Below are positions 30,110-39,948 of a stretch of 64,000 nt of DNA, one piece after another. This stretch comes from a bacterium (GTDB lineage: Bacteria; Patescibacteriota; Minisyncoccia; Moranbacterales; DUUL01), in assembly GCA_018675685.1 (NCBI GenBank), contig JABGXP010000002.1, positions 14,367 to 78,366 on the forward strand. The letters are read 5' to 3'. Numbering within the stretch: position 1 is the stretch's first letter; the number at the start of each line of letters is the position of its first letter. Both the position numbers and the translations under genes were made by a program. The notes beneath the pieces were generated by a model, which did no database searches, was not told where the DNA came from, and saw only the letters and a program-made list of their open reading frames with translations.

Positions 30110-30448
30110 TGTTTGGATATTTCTCGATTTACCCCATTATATCAAGTCTAACATTTTTTGATGATTTTAGAAATATTGTAATATTCTCTTAAAATTGTAA
30201 TATTAAGGTGTGAGAGTTGTTAAATTCTAAAAGCAAAAAAGTATGAGAAATTATTCAAAAGTTGGAGGGAAAAAAGGAAAACCAGGATATCGAACCCCAA
30301 GATCTTTTTTGAACAAATTCATCAAAATTACGAAGAATGCTTCAAGAGGGGATTTGTATCAAAAAGTTAGAAGATATTTTATAATAAAATCAAAAGATGA
30401 TATCAAGGTGAACAGAAAAGAAAAGAAATAAAGTGTTATTCAAAACAA

Positions 30449-31567
30449 CTATTCTTTCTTTGTCTGTTCCCACCAAGTTGAAAATATCTGAGTCTCATCG
30501 TTGAGGTTAACCTTCTCGCCAATCATTGGTGTCACGAGCGGAATCTTAGCTTCCTTGTTTAGTTCAGTGATTTTTTGTAGTGATTCATTCCAAGGATGGA
30601 GTGCTAGGACAAATTTTGAATTGTGCACTGGAAGTAAGCGCTTTGCTCCGAGATCTTTTGCTGCTTGCAGCGTTTGATTTGGCATCATATGAGTATATTT
30701 CCAGCCTTCATTGTATTGTCCATTCTCCAAAATAGCTAAATCAAAACCATCGAAGGATTTACCAATTTTAGCAAAGTGATTATCATATCCACTGTCGCCA
30801 CTGATGAAAATTCTAATATTCGGTGTCTCTAGGACAAAGGATGCCCAGAGTGATTTATTTCTCACAAAACTTCTACCTGAAAAATGTCGTGCAGGCATTA
30901 CATGTGTGACAAAACCATCATCAAGTTCAATCTTTTCATACCAATCTTTTTCTATGATGACGTTTTCATCATAGCCCCAATGTTCAAAATACTCGCCAAC
31001 GCCAAGACCACAAATTACTTGTTTCACTTTTGGTTTTAACTTCAAGATAGTTTCATAATCAAGATGATCCCAATGATCATGGGAGATGAAAAGATAGTCA
31101 ATCTCAGGAAGATCATCCACGCTATAAGGATCAGTCCCCGCAAAGGCTTTTGTGGTGAACCAAACAGGGGAGGCTCTGCCACTTAAAACGGGATCAACCA
31201 GGATTTTTTTCCCGGCAATTTGCATGAAAAAAGATGAATGTCCAAACCATATCAACACATCTTCATCATCCTTAAGCTTTAATAGGTCGGTTTTCTTAGT
31301 GGGGATCGATCCACTTGGTTTATTGTCAGCAAGGATGAATTTTTTGATGATGGAGAAGTGACTACCACTCCGCTGGATCATGGGGGTTTCATTGATGTTT
31401 TGAAATTCTCCATCTTTATAATTAGCTGATTTTTGAATTCTTTCCAAGCGCTCACCTTTCGGTTCTTTACCAAACTTCGGTTGTCGGAGGAAAAAGAAAA
31501 GGGTGGTGCCAAAAATTACAACTAGGGCTAGTATTATTAACATGGTTCTTTTTATTATTTTTTGCAT
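30449..31567 (-). CDS. membrane-anchored MBL-fold metallo-hydrolase (NAPE-PLD/COG2220-like)
   Basis: N-terminal TM. Metal-binding motif FISHDHWDHLD plus downstream His/Asp residues. 372 aa. Confidence 0.8.
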   Translation of the reverse strand: MQKIIKRTMLIILALVVIFGTTLFFFLRQPKFGKEPKGERLERIQKSANYKDGEFQNINETPMIQRSGSHFSIIKKFILADNKPSGSIPTKKTDLLKLKDDEDVLIWFGHSSFFMQIAGKKILVDPVLSGRASPVWFTTKAFAGTDPYSVDDLPEIDYLFISHDHWDHLDYETILKLKPKVKQVICGLGVGEYFEHWGYDENVIIEKDWYEKIELDDGFVTHVMPARHFSGRSFVRNKSLWASFVLETPNIRIFISGDSGYDNHFAKIGKSFDGFDLAILENGQYNEGWKYTHMMPNQTLQAAKDLGAKRLLPVHNSKFVLALHPWNESLQKITELNKEAKIPLVTPMIGEKVNLNDETQIFSTWWEQTKKE

Positions 31568-31732
31568 TGAATATTTTTTTGTTCCTTACATATATCCTTA
31601 CATGTGTAATGATATCACAAAAGGTTCTAAAGAGATAAAGATAAGACAGATTTTTGGTAGTTTAAAAGCCCTTAACGAAAATTCGCCAAGAGCTTTCAAA
31701 TAACTGATTGTTTTTAACGAACAGTTTACTTT

Positions 31733-32191
31733 CTAACTTTCAAAAAGAAGCATAGCATCTCTGATAACAGATTTTGAGAATTTTGGATCTTTGACATTGA
31801 TGATCTCTAAAAACTTCTCATCCTCTCTCCAGCCGAAAGGAAATAACACAATGTCTAACTGATGACCTTTGAATGCCGCAACAATCTCCTGAAACAATGG
31901 ATCATCAATTCCAAGAATTTTCATTACTGATTCAAGTCGAACTTCCGCTGGAGAATGATAGGACCAGAAATAATCCATTTGATCATATGGTTTTCCGTTA
32001 AGGAAATCCACCCCGGAATTGTGACAGGACCTTTGGTATTCTTCGAATATCGCATCTTCAACTTCGAAAAGAATATCAACATCTTTTCCTGTGCCTTTCC
32101 GTGCCATACTTCCGAAAAGATAGACACTGACTTTGCCAGTAAAGTTTTTGATAAACAGTTGGCATCCTTCTTTGCAATCTTTAGTGTACAT
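31733..32191 (-). CDS. minimal nucleotidyltransferase domain protein (Pol-beta superfamily NTase)
   Basis: GS-x9-DxD motif (LFGSMARKGTGKDVDILFEV). Start moved to the ATG at 32191, preceded by SD AAGGAGGGGG. 152 aa. Confidence 0.6.
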   Translation of the reverse strand: MYTKDCKEGCQLFIKNFTGKVSVYLFGSMARKGTGKDVDILFEVEDAIFEEYQRSCHNSGVDFLNGKPYDQMDYFWSYHSPAEVRLESVMKILGIDDPLFQEIVAAFKGHQLDIVLFPFGWREDEKFLEIINVKDPKFSKSVIRDAMLLFES

Positions 32192-32438
32192 TAAACCCCC
32201 TCCTTTTTCGTTGTTTGCTGACTCTTTCTCTCTCTTTTTGCCAAAAAATTGACTCTGCATAATAACACACAAAAAACAACCTTGCAAGAGAGAGCTGTCT
32301 TAGCTGAGCGCCTAAAAGAACCTAATATTGTTGCCATCATCTTATTAATGTTTTATAATTACATGTTATCAGATGGCTTGATAATATTTTTGTCCCTTAG
32401 AGAACCTAATTTTACTTTAAAGCAGGGAGGGCTAACTC

Positions 32439-32624
32439 GTGAAAAAGAAAAGTAGAAAGAAAAAGATGACAAATACAGCAAGTAGAAAACCTCTTGGCTA
32501 CAAAATAGTCAGCATAGCAATTCTTGTTTCACTTTTCCTTTCAGTGTGCATTGCAGTTGGGGGAGTCATTTATTGCACCAAGCCCTGGGATTGGCCAATT
32601 TGGCACACAATCGGAATCAAATAA
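32439..32624 (+). CDS. small basic single-TM membrane protein (GTG start)
   Basis: GGGAGGG SD 9 nt upstream of the GTG. K/R-rich N-terminus then TM IVSIAILVSLFLSVCIAVGGVIY. Followed by a terminator. Confidence 0.35.
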   Translation: MKKKSRKKKMTNTASRKPLGYKIVSIAILVSLFLSVCIAVGGVIYCTKPWDWPIWHTIGIK

Positions 32625-32636
32625 TAAAGAAAGTTC

Positions 32637-32680
32637 AAAAACGCCCTATGCACAACATGTGTAGGGCGCTTTGATTTTAT
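32637..32680. terminator. bidirectional Rho-independent terminator
   Basis: AAAACGCCCTA-TGCACAACATGTG-TAGGGCGCTTTGATTTT, between convergent genes. Confidence 0.75.
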
Positions 32681-32717
32681 TTCAAAGAGAGGGAAGAAAA
32701 TGGAGTTTCATTAGCTC

Positions 32718-33518
32718 CTATTTAGCACCCCATTTTTTAAAGTATGGATGAAAAATTCTAAAGCCATCTTCTTTCTTTAATTCAGTACTGATAAGATTTT
32801 CTGATATTTCCTCTTCCATTGCATTCATAGGAGTTTCTCCTTTGTATGCTTTCTCATTAAACCACCACACACCCAAGTCTCTTCTGTAGATTGGGATGTT
32901 GAAAATTTTAGCATATGTAGGAATTTTATATTCCAACATACCCAATTCCTTATTCTCAACAGTCGACCATTTATCAAAAAAGTTTTTGGGGAAAACCTGA
33001 AAAATAAACAGACTGCACAATAACTTGTTCTTGTAATTATATTTATCCTCAATGTGTTTTTGGAATTTAAGGTAGTTCGGTCTCTCCCTGTCTCCCTTTT
33101 TAGTCCAGTTCCATCTTTCTTCTATGTAATTATCTAGAATCCTAGTTCCTGAAATAAAAATCTCACCTTTTTTGATTCCTGGAAGTTGTTTTTTGATATC
33201 TCCAAGAATCAGAGCGTCCCATTGCACAACAGCAACACTGTCCCAGTTTGTAAGTGAGATGCCTTTGTTTTGATACCAATCCAATATCATCAAGTCCCCA
33301 TGAATCCATTTATAATTCCTTGGTTTATCGCAAAGTTCGGAAACATGAAAATCATCCAGATATTTATTTAGCTTAGCTTTGTACTGCTTTGCATCTTTTT
33401 TTATACCACCATACAACCCAAAGATCTTGCTGTTAGGATTATGTTTTTTAATCAATTTGAGATGATTCAAACAGACTTCTGGCTCTTTGTAGAACCAGAA
33501 TAAAATTGCTAGTTTCAT
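32718..33518 (-). CDS. hypothetical protein (266 aa, W/Y/K-rich, no signal peptide)
   Basis: Long ORF with no recognisable motif. Confidence 0.45.
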   Translation of the reverse strand: MKLAILFWFYKEPEVCLNHLKLIKKHNPNSKIFGLYGGIKKDAKQYKAKLNKYLDDFHVSELCDKPRNYKWIHGDLMILDWYQNKGISLTNWDSVAVVQWDALILGDIKKQLPGIKKGEIFISGTRILDNYIEERWNWTKKGDRERPNYLKFQKHIEDKYNYKNKLLCSLFIFQVFPKNFFDKWSTVENKELGMLEYKIPTYAKIFNIPIYRRDLGVWWFNEKAYKGETPMNAMEEEISENLISTELKKEDGFRIFHPYFKKWGAK

Positions 33519-33660
33519 TAAAGTTAATCTTTTAGTTAAAGTTACTCAGTACCACTAGTTTTTATTCGTAGTGACCTTATTTTACTCTAATTTAAAGCAG
33601 CATGCAAAAAGAATCATTTTTGAAAGAGTCGAGAGATTCTATCTTTATTACCATTTAAAG

Positions 33661-33696
33661 TAGAGCTCTCTATAGAGTCCTCTATAGAGAGCTCTA
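33661..33696. promoter_or_regulatory. near-perfect 36-nt palindrome (17-bp arms TAGAGCTCTCTATAGAG / CTCTATAGAGAGCTCTA, 2-nt spacer) in the promoter region of the 32718-33518 gene
   Basis: Read directly from the sequence. Located between the upstream terminator and the gene start at 33518. Confidence 0.55.
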
Positions 33697-33713
33697 AGAT
33701 AGGGAGGTGTTTT

Positions 33714-33757
33714 AATAAAAAAACAGGATATGAGAAAAATTTCTCATATCCTGTTTA
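33714..33757 (-). terminator. Rho-independent terminator for the minus-strand gene ending at 33774
   Basis: On the minus strand: AAACAGGATATGAGAAA-TTT-TTCTCATATCCTGTTT followed by TTTTTTTT. Confidence 0.8.
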
Positions 33758-33773
33758 GTTGATCTTAGATAGA

Positions 33774-34016
33774 TCATTGCTTGGTAATGAATCTGGCATC
33801 TTTGTGGTTTAGATCCACTAAGAAGGTGGCAAATTCTTTTTCCACAATCTTGTCTTCCATCAGACATAACTTCTCTGTGCCAAATTCATTTGAATGAACC
33901 ATAGTGGGATAAAAGATCCCATCGAGTAATGAGATGATACGGAACCTCCTTTCATGGCAATCGATTAACGCATCACCAATCTGTGCCGATTTGAATTCTC
34001 TCGGTGTAATAGTCAT
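33774..34016 (-). CDS. hypothetical small protein (80 aa)
   Basis: ORF with a dedicated downstream terminator. No motif recognised. Confidence 0.4.
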   Translation of the reverse strand: MTITPREFKSAQIGDALIDCHERRFRIISLLDGIFYPTMVHSNEFGTEKLCLMEDKIVEKEFATFLVDLNHKDARFITKQ

Positions 34017-34142
34017 GCTACCCCCTATTTATGTTATTTGAAATATAATCTTTCAAGTATTCTAATAATGATCAGGTCTGTTTTCACATTCATCATTCGA
34101 GGTGGCGATGAACTCTCATTTTGTAAATAAAAAGAAAGCCCG

Positions 34143-34823
34143 TCATAATCTATCAGGAAAATTAGAAAAAATTCCATCAACACCCAGTGCTTTCATTCTA
34201 CCGATATCATCCAAATCATTTACAGTTTCAACATAAACCTTTAGTCCTCGGTTATGGGCGTCATCTATGAATTCTTTGTTGATAAAATCAGCACATAAAT
34301 TAACAGATGATGCATTGATCTTTTCAGCAAATTCAGCAAAACCTATCGGAATACCTGTGAGTAAGGCTCCTATTTTAATGTTTGGACTTAGCCGATTGAA
34401 CTCTCTAAGTTCATAATGATTATATGACGATATTAAGAAATGTTCGTACTTCCAACTCTTCTCTTTTATATAAAGCTCAATCAGTTCATAAACAGGTTTT
34501 GCTGTCCCTGTGGCCTTAAGCTCAATATTGATATTTACTTTTTTGTTCACTAGGTCAAATACTTCTTTCAGTTCAGGAATTTTTTCTTTTTCTCCTGCGT
34601 CTAAAGCTCGTAACTCTTTAAATGTTTTCTCTGCTACGTAGCCTTTCCCATTAGTAGTTCTATTAACCTTATCATCATGGATAACTACTAACTCTCCAGA
34701 TTTACAAATATACACATCCAACTCAATGGCATCAACGTTTAATTCAAGAGCCTTTTTGAAAGACTTGAGGGTATTTTCAGGAGCATAGCCCATCGCTCCT
34801 CTGTGACCAATTTTTGTAACCAT
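34143..34823 (-). CDS. glycerophosphodiester phosphodiesterase (GDPD/UgpQ-like)
   Basis: N-terminal HRG...PENT motif and E..D..H triad (IGHRGAMGYAPENTLKSF...IELDVYICKSGELVVIHD). Confidence 0.85.
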   Translation of the reverse strand: MVTKIGHRGAMGYAPENTLKSFKKALELNVDAIELDVYICKSGELVVIHDDKVNRTTNGKGYVAEKTFKELRALDAGEKEKIPELKEVFDLVNKKVNINIELKATGTAKPVYELIELYIKEKSWKYEHFLISSYNHYELREFNRLSPNIKIGALLTGIPIGFAEFAEKINASSVNLCADFINKEFIDDAHNRGLKVYVETVNDLDDIGRMKALGVDGIFSNFPDRL

Positions 34824-35205
34824 GTAATGCTTGTTAATTTAATTGTAAAACATTATAGATATCTGGATGAAAAAATATTCTAGGTTTTTTTGAGTTTTTG
34901 TTTGGTGTAAGTCTTTTTTGTCTCGTTACTGTAATAATAATTCTTTTTTCAAGGAAAGGAAAGTTTTTTTGTTTTATTTTAAATAGGGCAGTGTTTTGAT
35001 CTGAAGTGATTCTCTTTGCTTCACTGATTTCATTAAGAAGGATTATGTTAATTTGAATGAATTCTCTCGCGTCGCTGTCGCTCCTTGTCCAAGGTAGCGC
35101 TGAATGCTCGCCAGCTCGCATGCAGCGGCATTGGCTATGATTATTTTTTGCTAAAAATAGCCCACCTCATGGCTACCCGTTGGAATCCCTCCTTCAAGCA
35201 CAAAT

Positions 35206-35242
35206 AAAAATAGCTACAGGCATTATGCCTGTAGCTATTTTT
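35206..35242 (-). terminator. Rho-independent terminator immediately 3' of tRNA-Ser(GCT)
   Basis: AAAAATAGCTACAGGCAT-TATGCCTGTAGCTATTTTT near-palindrome. Nearly the same element follows the second tRNA-Ser at 55870. Confidence 0.75.
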
Positions 35243-35247
35243 GTGTG

Positions 35248-35334
35248 CGGAGAGGGAGGGATTCGAACCCTCGGGACTCGTAAAAGCCCAACACCTTAGC
35301 AGGGTGCCCCTTTCAACCACTCAGGCACCTCTCC
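35248..35334 (-). tRNA. tRNA-Ser (anticodon GCT), long variable arm
   Basis: Reverse complement reads GGAGAGGTGCCTGAGTGGTTGAAAGGGGCACCCTGCTAAGGTGTTGGGCTTTTACGAGTCCCGAGGGTTCGAATCCCTCCCTCTCCG. Anticodon loop CTGCTAA. Class II variable arm. Confidence 0.85.
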
Positions 35335-35389
35335 TTATATTTTTCTATTCAATTTTCAAGTCTTAACTTTCCCAACTTATCATTTTATT

Positions 35390-36163
35390 CTAACTTTGTC
35401 TAGCAAGCACAACCGCTGAAATTGATTTAGGATTCAGTTTTCGTAACTCTTTTGCACACTCGTTTATAGTGGATCCTGTTGTACAGATATCATCGACTAG
35501 GAGAATTCTTTTAGCTGTAACTTTCTTGTTTGCCGTGGGGTCTATTTGAAAACAACCTTGAATGTTTTTTTGTCTCGCTCCATAATCCTTGATTTTCATT
35601 TGAGGTTTTGTGGAACTCTTTCTTGCGATAACATCTTCCAAAACTTCAATCTCCATGCCTGGCAACAAATCTTTGGCAATAACATTTGCCAATAGGGCTG
35701 ATTGATTGAAGCCACGCCAACGCAATCTTCTATTGTGCAAGGGGATAGGAATGATTACGTCAGGTGTAGGGGAGCTGCCAAGACGGAGCATTGTTTGAAT
35801 CATCAGCGTTCCAAGGGGTTTTGCTAGGTCGGCTACAAAATTATACTTCAAATAGTGAATTGATTTCGAGAGCAAAGGATCCTTGTAATCAGAGACCACA
35901 AAAAGACGGTTGATAGGTGAAGACACTCTTTGTCTACAATGATTGCAGACATCTCCATTAGAGAGAATTGTTTTTTCGCAAACAGGACAAACTTGGAAAG
36001 AGTTCTTTGGAAGCAAGCTAAAACATTTTTTGCAGATGAATTCTCCTTCTTTTCCACAGTTTATACACTTAATCGGAAAAATAATATCAGAGAAGCATGC
36101 TGAAATTCCATTGAGTTTATTTGAGAGCTTTTTTACTAATGAGACTCGCAATAATTTTTCCAT
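35390..36163 (-). CDS. comFC: ComF family protein (ComFC: double zinc-ribbon plus phosphoribosyltransferase domain)
   Basis: Cys clusters CINCGKEGEFICKKC and CPVCEK...CNHCRQ. PRTase motif ILLVDDICTTGSTI. The annotated start overlaps the clpC 3' end by 47 nt, so the start is uncertain. Confidence 0.7.
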   Translation of the reverse strand: MEKLLRVSLVKKLSNKLNGISACFSDIIFPIKCINCGKEGEFICKKCFSLLPKNSFQVCPVCEKTILSNGDVCNHCRQRVSSPINRLFVVSDYKDPLLSKSIHYLKYNFVADLAKPLGTLMIQTMLRLGSSPTPDVIIPIPLHNRRLRWRGFNQSALLANVIAKDLLPGMEIEVLEDVIARKSSTKPQMKIKDYGARQKNIQGCFQIDPTANKKVTAKRILLVDDICTTGSTINECAKELRKLNPKSISAVVLARQS

Positions 36164-38600
36164 CTTTAGTTGAAATTGAGATTTCGTTGATGTTTTTTCG
36201 AGTGACTATTTTTCGAGCAATCACTGGTTCAAGGTGCTCTTGTATGTGTTTTCTAATTTGCCGAGCTCCTAGTTCAGGGTCACTACTCTTTTTTGCTAGT
36301 AAAGTAATAAGTGATTGATCAAAAGTAAGAGTAATCAAGCGCTCAGCTAGCCTTGCTTGCAGTTGCCCAAGTTCTTTTTTGGTGATTTCCTCAATATTTT
36401 TCTTGGAAAGTGTGTTGAAAGGTAGGACATGATCTAGGCGATTGACTAACTCAGGAGAAAGAATTTCCTGGATTTCTTCGACAATAGAATCAGTTATTTC
36501 CTTATAGGCAGATTTCTTTGGAGCATTCTTTTTATTAAAACCTAGTTCTGAGATTTTATTCAACTCACCAAGTCCAATATTTGAGGTGAGTACAACAATG
36601 GTGTTGCGGAAATTAATACGCCTTCCTTTGGCATCAGAAACTTCTCCTTCCTCAAGGATTTGCAAGAGAACATTTAGAACTGAGGGGTCGGCTTTTTCGA
36701 TTTCATCAAACAAGATCACACTATAGGGATTTCGGCGCACTTTGTCAGAAAATTCACCACCTTCTTCATATCCAACATAGCCAGCTGGTGCACCGAGAAG
36801 CCTTGAAACTGTGTGTTTTTCCATGAATTCACTCATATTGATTTGAATAAGAGCGTCTTTGTTTTTCATCGGAGAAATCGCAGTTGCTAGCACCTTTGCG
36901 CAATGAGTCTTTCCAACACCAGAAGGTCCAACAAACAGGAAAGAGCCTAATGGTCGATTGGGGTTTGAAATTCCACTTACTTGGCGCAAAATGGTATTCG
37001 AAATATGTTTCTTGACATTCGAATGGCCCATTAAGTCGTTTCGCAAAGAACTTTTCACTTTCATTGTTATTGCATTGTTGTCGTGTGAAAGAATTTCTTT
37101 TGGAATGCCAGAAATTTTCGCTAGCGTGTTTTTGACCTCTATTGCTGTTAGAGTTATTCTTTTTTTCTTCTCTTGCTCCTTAAGTTCTTTTTGTAATTTT
37201 TTTAAGATGTTTGAAACTTTATTCTCTTCAGCGCGCATTCTAATCGCATCCTCATAGCGATCCCCGATAACCAAAAGTTCTTTTTCTGATTTAATTCTTT
37301 CTAATTTTTCCTCAACCTTCTTTATTTTGCGATAAATAGAATTGTCAGACGTCTCAGAACGCAAACGAGCAGCTGTTTCATCGATCAAGTCAATCGCACT
37401 ATCAGGTAGATTTCTATCTGTGATATATCTCTTAGCTAATGTCGCAGCTGCCATATTAGCATCAGCTGAGATTGAAACATTGTGAAATTTTTCATAGGAT
37501 TCTTTGATCCCAGTGAGAATTTCCTTTGTTTCTTTAACAGTAGGTTCCTTGACAAGAATTGGCTGCAATCTTCTTTCTAGTGCCGCATCTTTTTCGATGT
37601 ACTTGCGATACTCATCAATTGTTGTTGCTCCTATTAATTGGATTTCACCTCGTGACAAGATGGGTTTTAAAAGATTTGCCGCATCCATTCCACCAGTTGC
37701 ATTTCCAGCTCCAACTAGATTGTGAATCTCATCAATAAAAAGAATGATATTTGGATCTTTCTTTACTTGCGTTATAATGTCTTTCAGTCTAGCCTCAAAC
37801 TCCCCCCGAAAGGTTGTCCCAGCAACCAAAAGACCCAAATCAAGACTGAGAATTTTTTTGTTACACAAATGATAATCAGTAGTTCCTTTTTGAATTTTTT
37901 TTGCTAAACCTTCGACTATTGCTGTTTTTCCAACGCCAGGGTCGCCAATTAACACAGGATTGTTTTTCATTTTTCGCCCCAAAATATGTGAAATTCTTTC
38001 TAATTCATATTCTCTTCCAATTAGAAAATAATCTTCTTGTGATTTGCTTGTTAAGTCAGTGTAAAAACTTTGATTACCTTGCTGTCCTTTGCGAGTTTGG
38101 GGATTGTTTGGGTGAAAAAAACTTTCAATAATGGAATTCAATTCTCCCAGAAAATCATTTTGTGAAGGATTGCCGCTGAGTGCATTTTCTGATTCCGAGA
38201 AAGAGTTTTTGTCCTTTTTCATTTTTGATGAAACTTTTATTTTTCTAGGAGTGATATTTTCGGAAATTCCTGGAATTTCCAGGATTTCGTTTGCCAAATG
38301 CTCAGTCCCGATGAAAGTGCTTTTTGTAATGAATGCGGACTTAGTAGCTCTGTTGATAATATCTTGCGCTGTTATGGCGTTATTATCCTTCGATAGTTTT
38401 TTGTCTTTGGACTCTTTGAGTTGCGTTAGAATGTTTTTTGTGAGAGTTGTTTCCAAAATTGTTTTTCCAAAACTTCCTTTTTGTTTCAAGAGTACTTGAA
38501 TGAAAGATTTTGCATCAATAGAGCTGAGTTTTTTTGACCCACTGAGCGTCTTTAACGTAGCTATTGCTAGCTGGGCATTTTTCGTAAATCTCTTGCGCAT
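36117..38600 (-). CDS. clpC: ATP-dependent Clp protease ATP-binding subunit (ClpC/ClpB-type, two AAA+ modules)
   Basis: Two Walker A motifs ([15 protein letters not shown] and [15 protein letters not shown]). Clp_N-like N-terminus. 827 aa. Confidence 0.9.
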   Translation of the reverse strand: MRKRFTKNAQLAIATLKTLSGSKKLSSIDAKSFIQVLLKQKGSFGKTILETTLTKNILTQLKESKDKKLSKDNNAITAQDIINRATKSAFITKSTFIGTEHLANEILEIPGISENITPRKIKVSSKMKKDKNSFSESENALSGNPSQNDFLGELNSIIESFFHPNNPQTRKGQQGNQSFYTDLTSKSQEDYFLIGREYELERISHILGRKMKNNPVLIGDPGVGKTAIVEGLAKKIQKGTTDYHLCNKKILSLDLGLLVAGTTFRGEFEARLKDIITQVKKDPNIILFIDEIHNLVGAGNATGGMDAANLLKPILSRGEIQLIGATTIDEYRKYIEKDAALERRLQPILVKEPTVKETKEILTGIKESYEKFHNVSISADANMAAATLAKRYITDRNLPDSAIDLIDETAARLRSETSDNSIYRKIKKVEEKLERIKSEKELLVIGDRYEDAIRMRAEENKVSNILKKLQKELKEQEKKKRITLTAIEVKNTLAKISGIPKEILSHDNNAITMKVKSSLRNDLMGHSNVKKHISNTILRQVSGISNPNRPLGSFLFVGPSGVGKTHCAKVLATAISPMKNKDALIQINMSEFMEKHTVSRLLGAPAGYVGYEEGGEFSDKVRRNPYSVILFDEIEKADPSVLNVLLQILEEGEVSDAKGRRINFRNTIVVLTSNIGLGELNKISELGFNKKNAPKKSAYKEITDSIVEEIQEILSPELVNRLDHVLPFNTLSKKNIEEITKKELGQLQARLAERLITLTFDQSLITLLAKKSSDPELGARQIRKHIQEHLEPVIARKIVTRKNINEISISTKDGKIIASLISKKALK

Positions 38601-38777
38601 TATTCAAACCGTGATATAATTAAATTAACTTTACGTTTACAGAGTAGCATATCACTTTTAGAATTTAAAGTAAATAAAGCTACTGTTTGCGTATTAGGAG
38701 AGCACGCGTTTTTTATGCGGTTTGTTTGTGAGTTTTCAAATAGTTTTTAGTGAAAAATAAAAAGATAAAAATAAAAA

Positions 38778-39923
38778 ATGAGTAGTGAACAAACCTCTGT
38801 TTTTCACAAAATGAAAGATGGTTTATTCAGCGGCTTGTTTGGTGGGAATGGCAATGTCTCAGTGGGTGTTGATGTTGGTAGCGCTAGTATAAAAGTTGTT
38901 GTTCTAGAGAGAGCAGGAGAAGCAATCCATCTCAAAAACTATGCTATCGCCACAAGCAAACAAGAAATAATAAAACCAGGAACATCTGGCGTTATTTCTG
39001 AATCAGCAAGTGAGTTGATTAGAAAGACTATAAAAGAGGCGGAAGTATCAAAGAAATCGGTCCAAGCAGCGGTGCCTAGTTTCTCTTCTTTGATAACAGC
39101 AATAGAAATCCCAAGAGCAGCAGAAAAAGATATCGATGAAATAATTCAAAATGAAGCCCCAAAATATATTCCAGTTCAATTAGCGGATGTGGTTTATGGG
39201 TGGCAATTGATTGATGAAGGGTCTAAGGATGACGAAGAGGAGAAAGAAGATGCAATTCCAGGAGTTCAAAGGGATGGAAAGATACATATATTGCTAGTCG
39301 CTATTATGCGTGAGATTAGTGCTAAGTATGAAGCAGTGTTTTCGAAAGCTGGTTTGAAAATTGAAGCTTTAGAGATCGATGCTTTTTCTTTAACAAGAGC
39401 GTTAGTTGGTAGCAATACAAGTCCTCATTTAATTTTAGATATTGGACACAAGGTGTGTAATATTGTCGCTGTTTCAAATGGAAATGTACTATTGAATAGA
39501 ACGATAGACATTGCCGGTGATAGAATAACAAAGACAATTGCTAGGAGTTTGAATATTGACACTCAAAGAGCTGAACAAATCAAGCATAAAAATGGAATGA
39601 ATGCTGGTGAAGCTCAGGGCGGAACCGAGATGATTGGCCAAATCATGGATGCTGTTGTTGCGGAAATTAAAAAAACCAACAAGGCTATCAAGAAGACATA
39701 TGTTGGGATAGAAATAAGTGAAATCGTATTAACCGGTGGTGGATCGAAATTGGTTGGAATGGTTGACTATCTAAGTAAGGAGCTTGGCTTAAAAACTAGA
39801 ATAGGGGAGCCTTTCGCAGCTATTAACTATCCAGAGAGTATCCAATCTGTTATTGACGAACATGGTTCGGAGTTAGTAATTGCAGTTGGACTTGCATTAA
39901 ATGCTTTCGAGGATAAAAAATAA
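38778..39923 (+). CDS. pilM: type IV pilus assembly protein PilM, copy 2
   Basis: VGVDVGSASIKVVVLERAGEAIHLKNYAI actin-like N-terminal fold. 381 aa. First gene of the M-N-O-B-(RR)-T-C order. Confidence 0.8.
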   Translation: MSSEQTSVFHKMKDGLFSGLFGGNGNVSVGVDVGSASIKVVVLERAGEAIHLKNYAIATSKQEIIKPGTSGVISESASELIRKTIKEAEVSKKSVQAAVPSFSSLITAIEIPRAAEKDIDEIIQNEAPKYIPVQLADVVYGWQLIDEGSKDDEEEKEDAIPGVQRDGKIHILLVAIMREISAKYEAVFSKAGLKIEALEIDAFSLTRALVGSNTSPHLILDIGHKVCNIVAVSNGNVLLNRTIDIAGDRITKTIARSLNIDTQRAEQIKHKNGMNAGEAQGGTEMIGQIMDAVVAEIKKTNKAIKKTYVGIEISEIVLTGGGSKLVGMVDYLSKELGLKTRIGEPFAAINYPESIQSVIDEHGSELVIAVGLALNAFEDKK

Positions 39924-39948
39924 TCGTAAGAAGTAAAAATAAAAAAAA

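Noticed and set aside
30243-30431. 62-aa K/R-rich ORF
   Set aside because: It is low-complexity, has no SD, and sits in an AT-rich intergenic region. Possibly real but unsupported.
32192-32287. N-terminal extension of the nucleotidyltransferase ORF (MQGCFLCVIM...)
   Set aside because: The internal ATG at 32191 is preceded by a strong AAGGAGGGGG SD. The extension is unconserved-looking and hydrophobic.
34834-35121. 95-aa minus-strand ORF
   Set aside because: It overlaps the promoter region of the GDPD gene and the GC-anomalous patch. It has no SD and no recognisable motif. Likely spurious.
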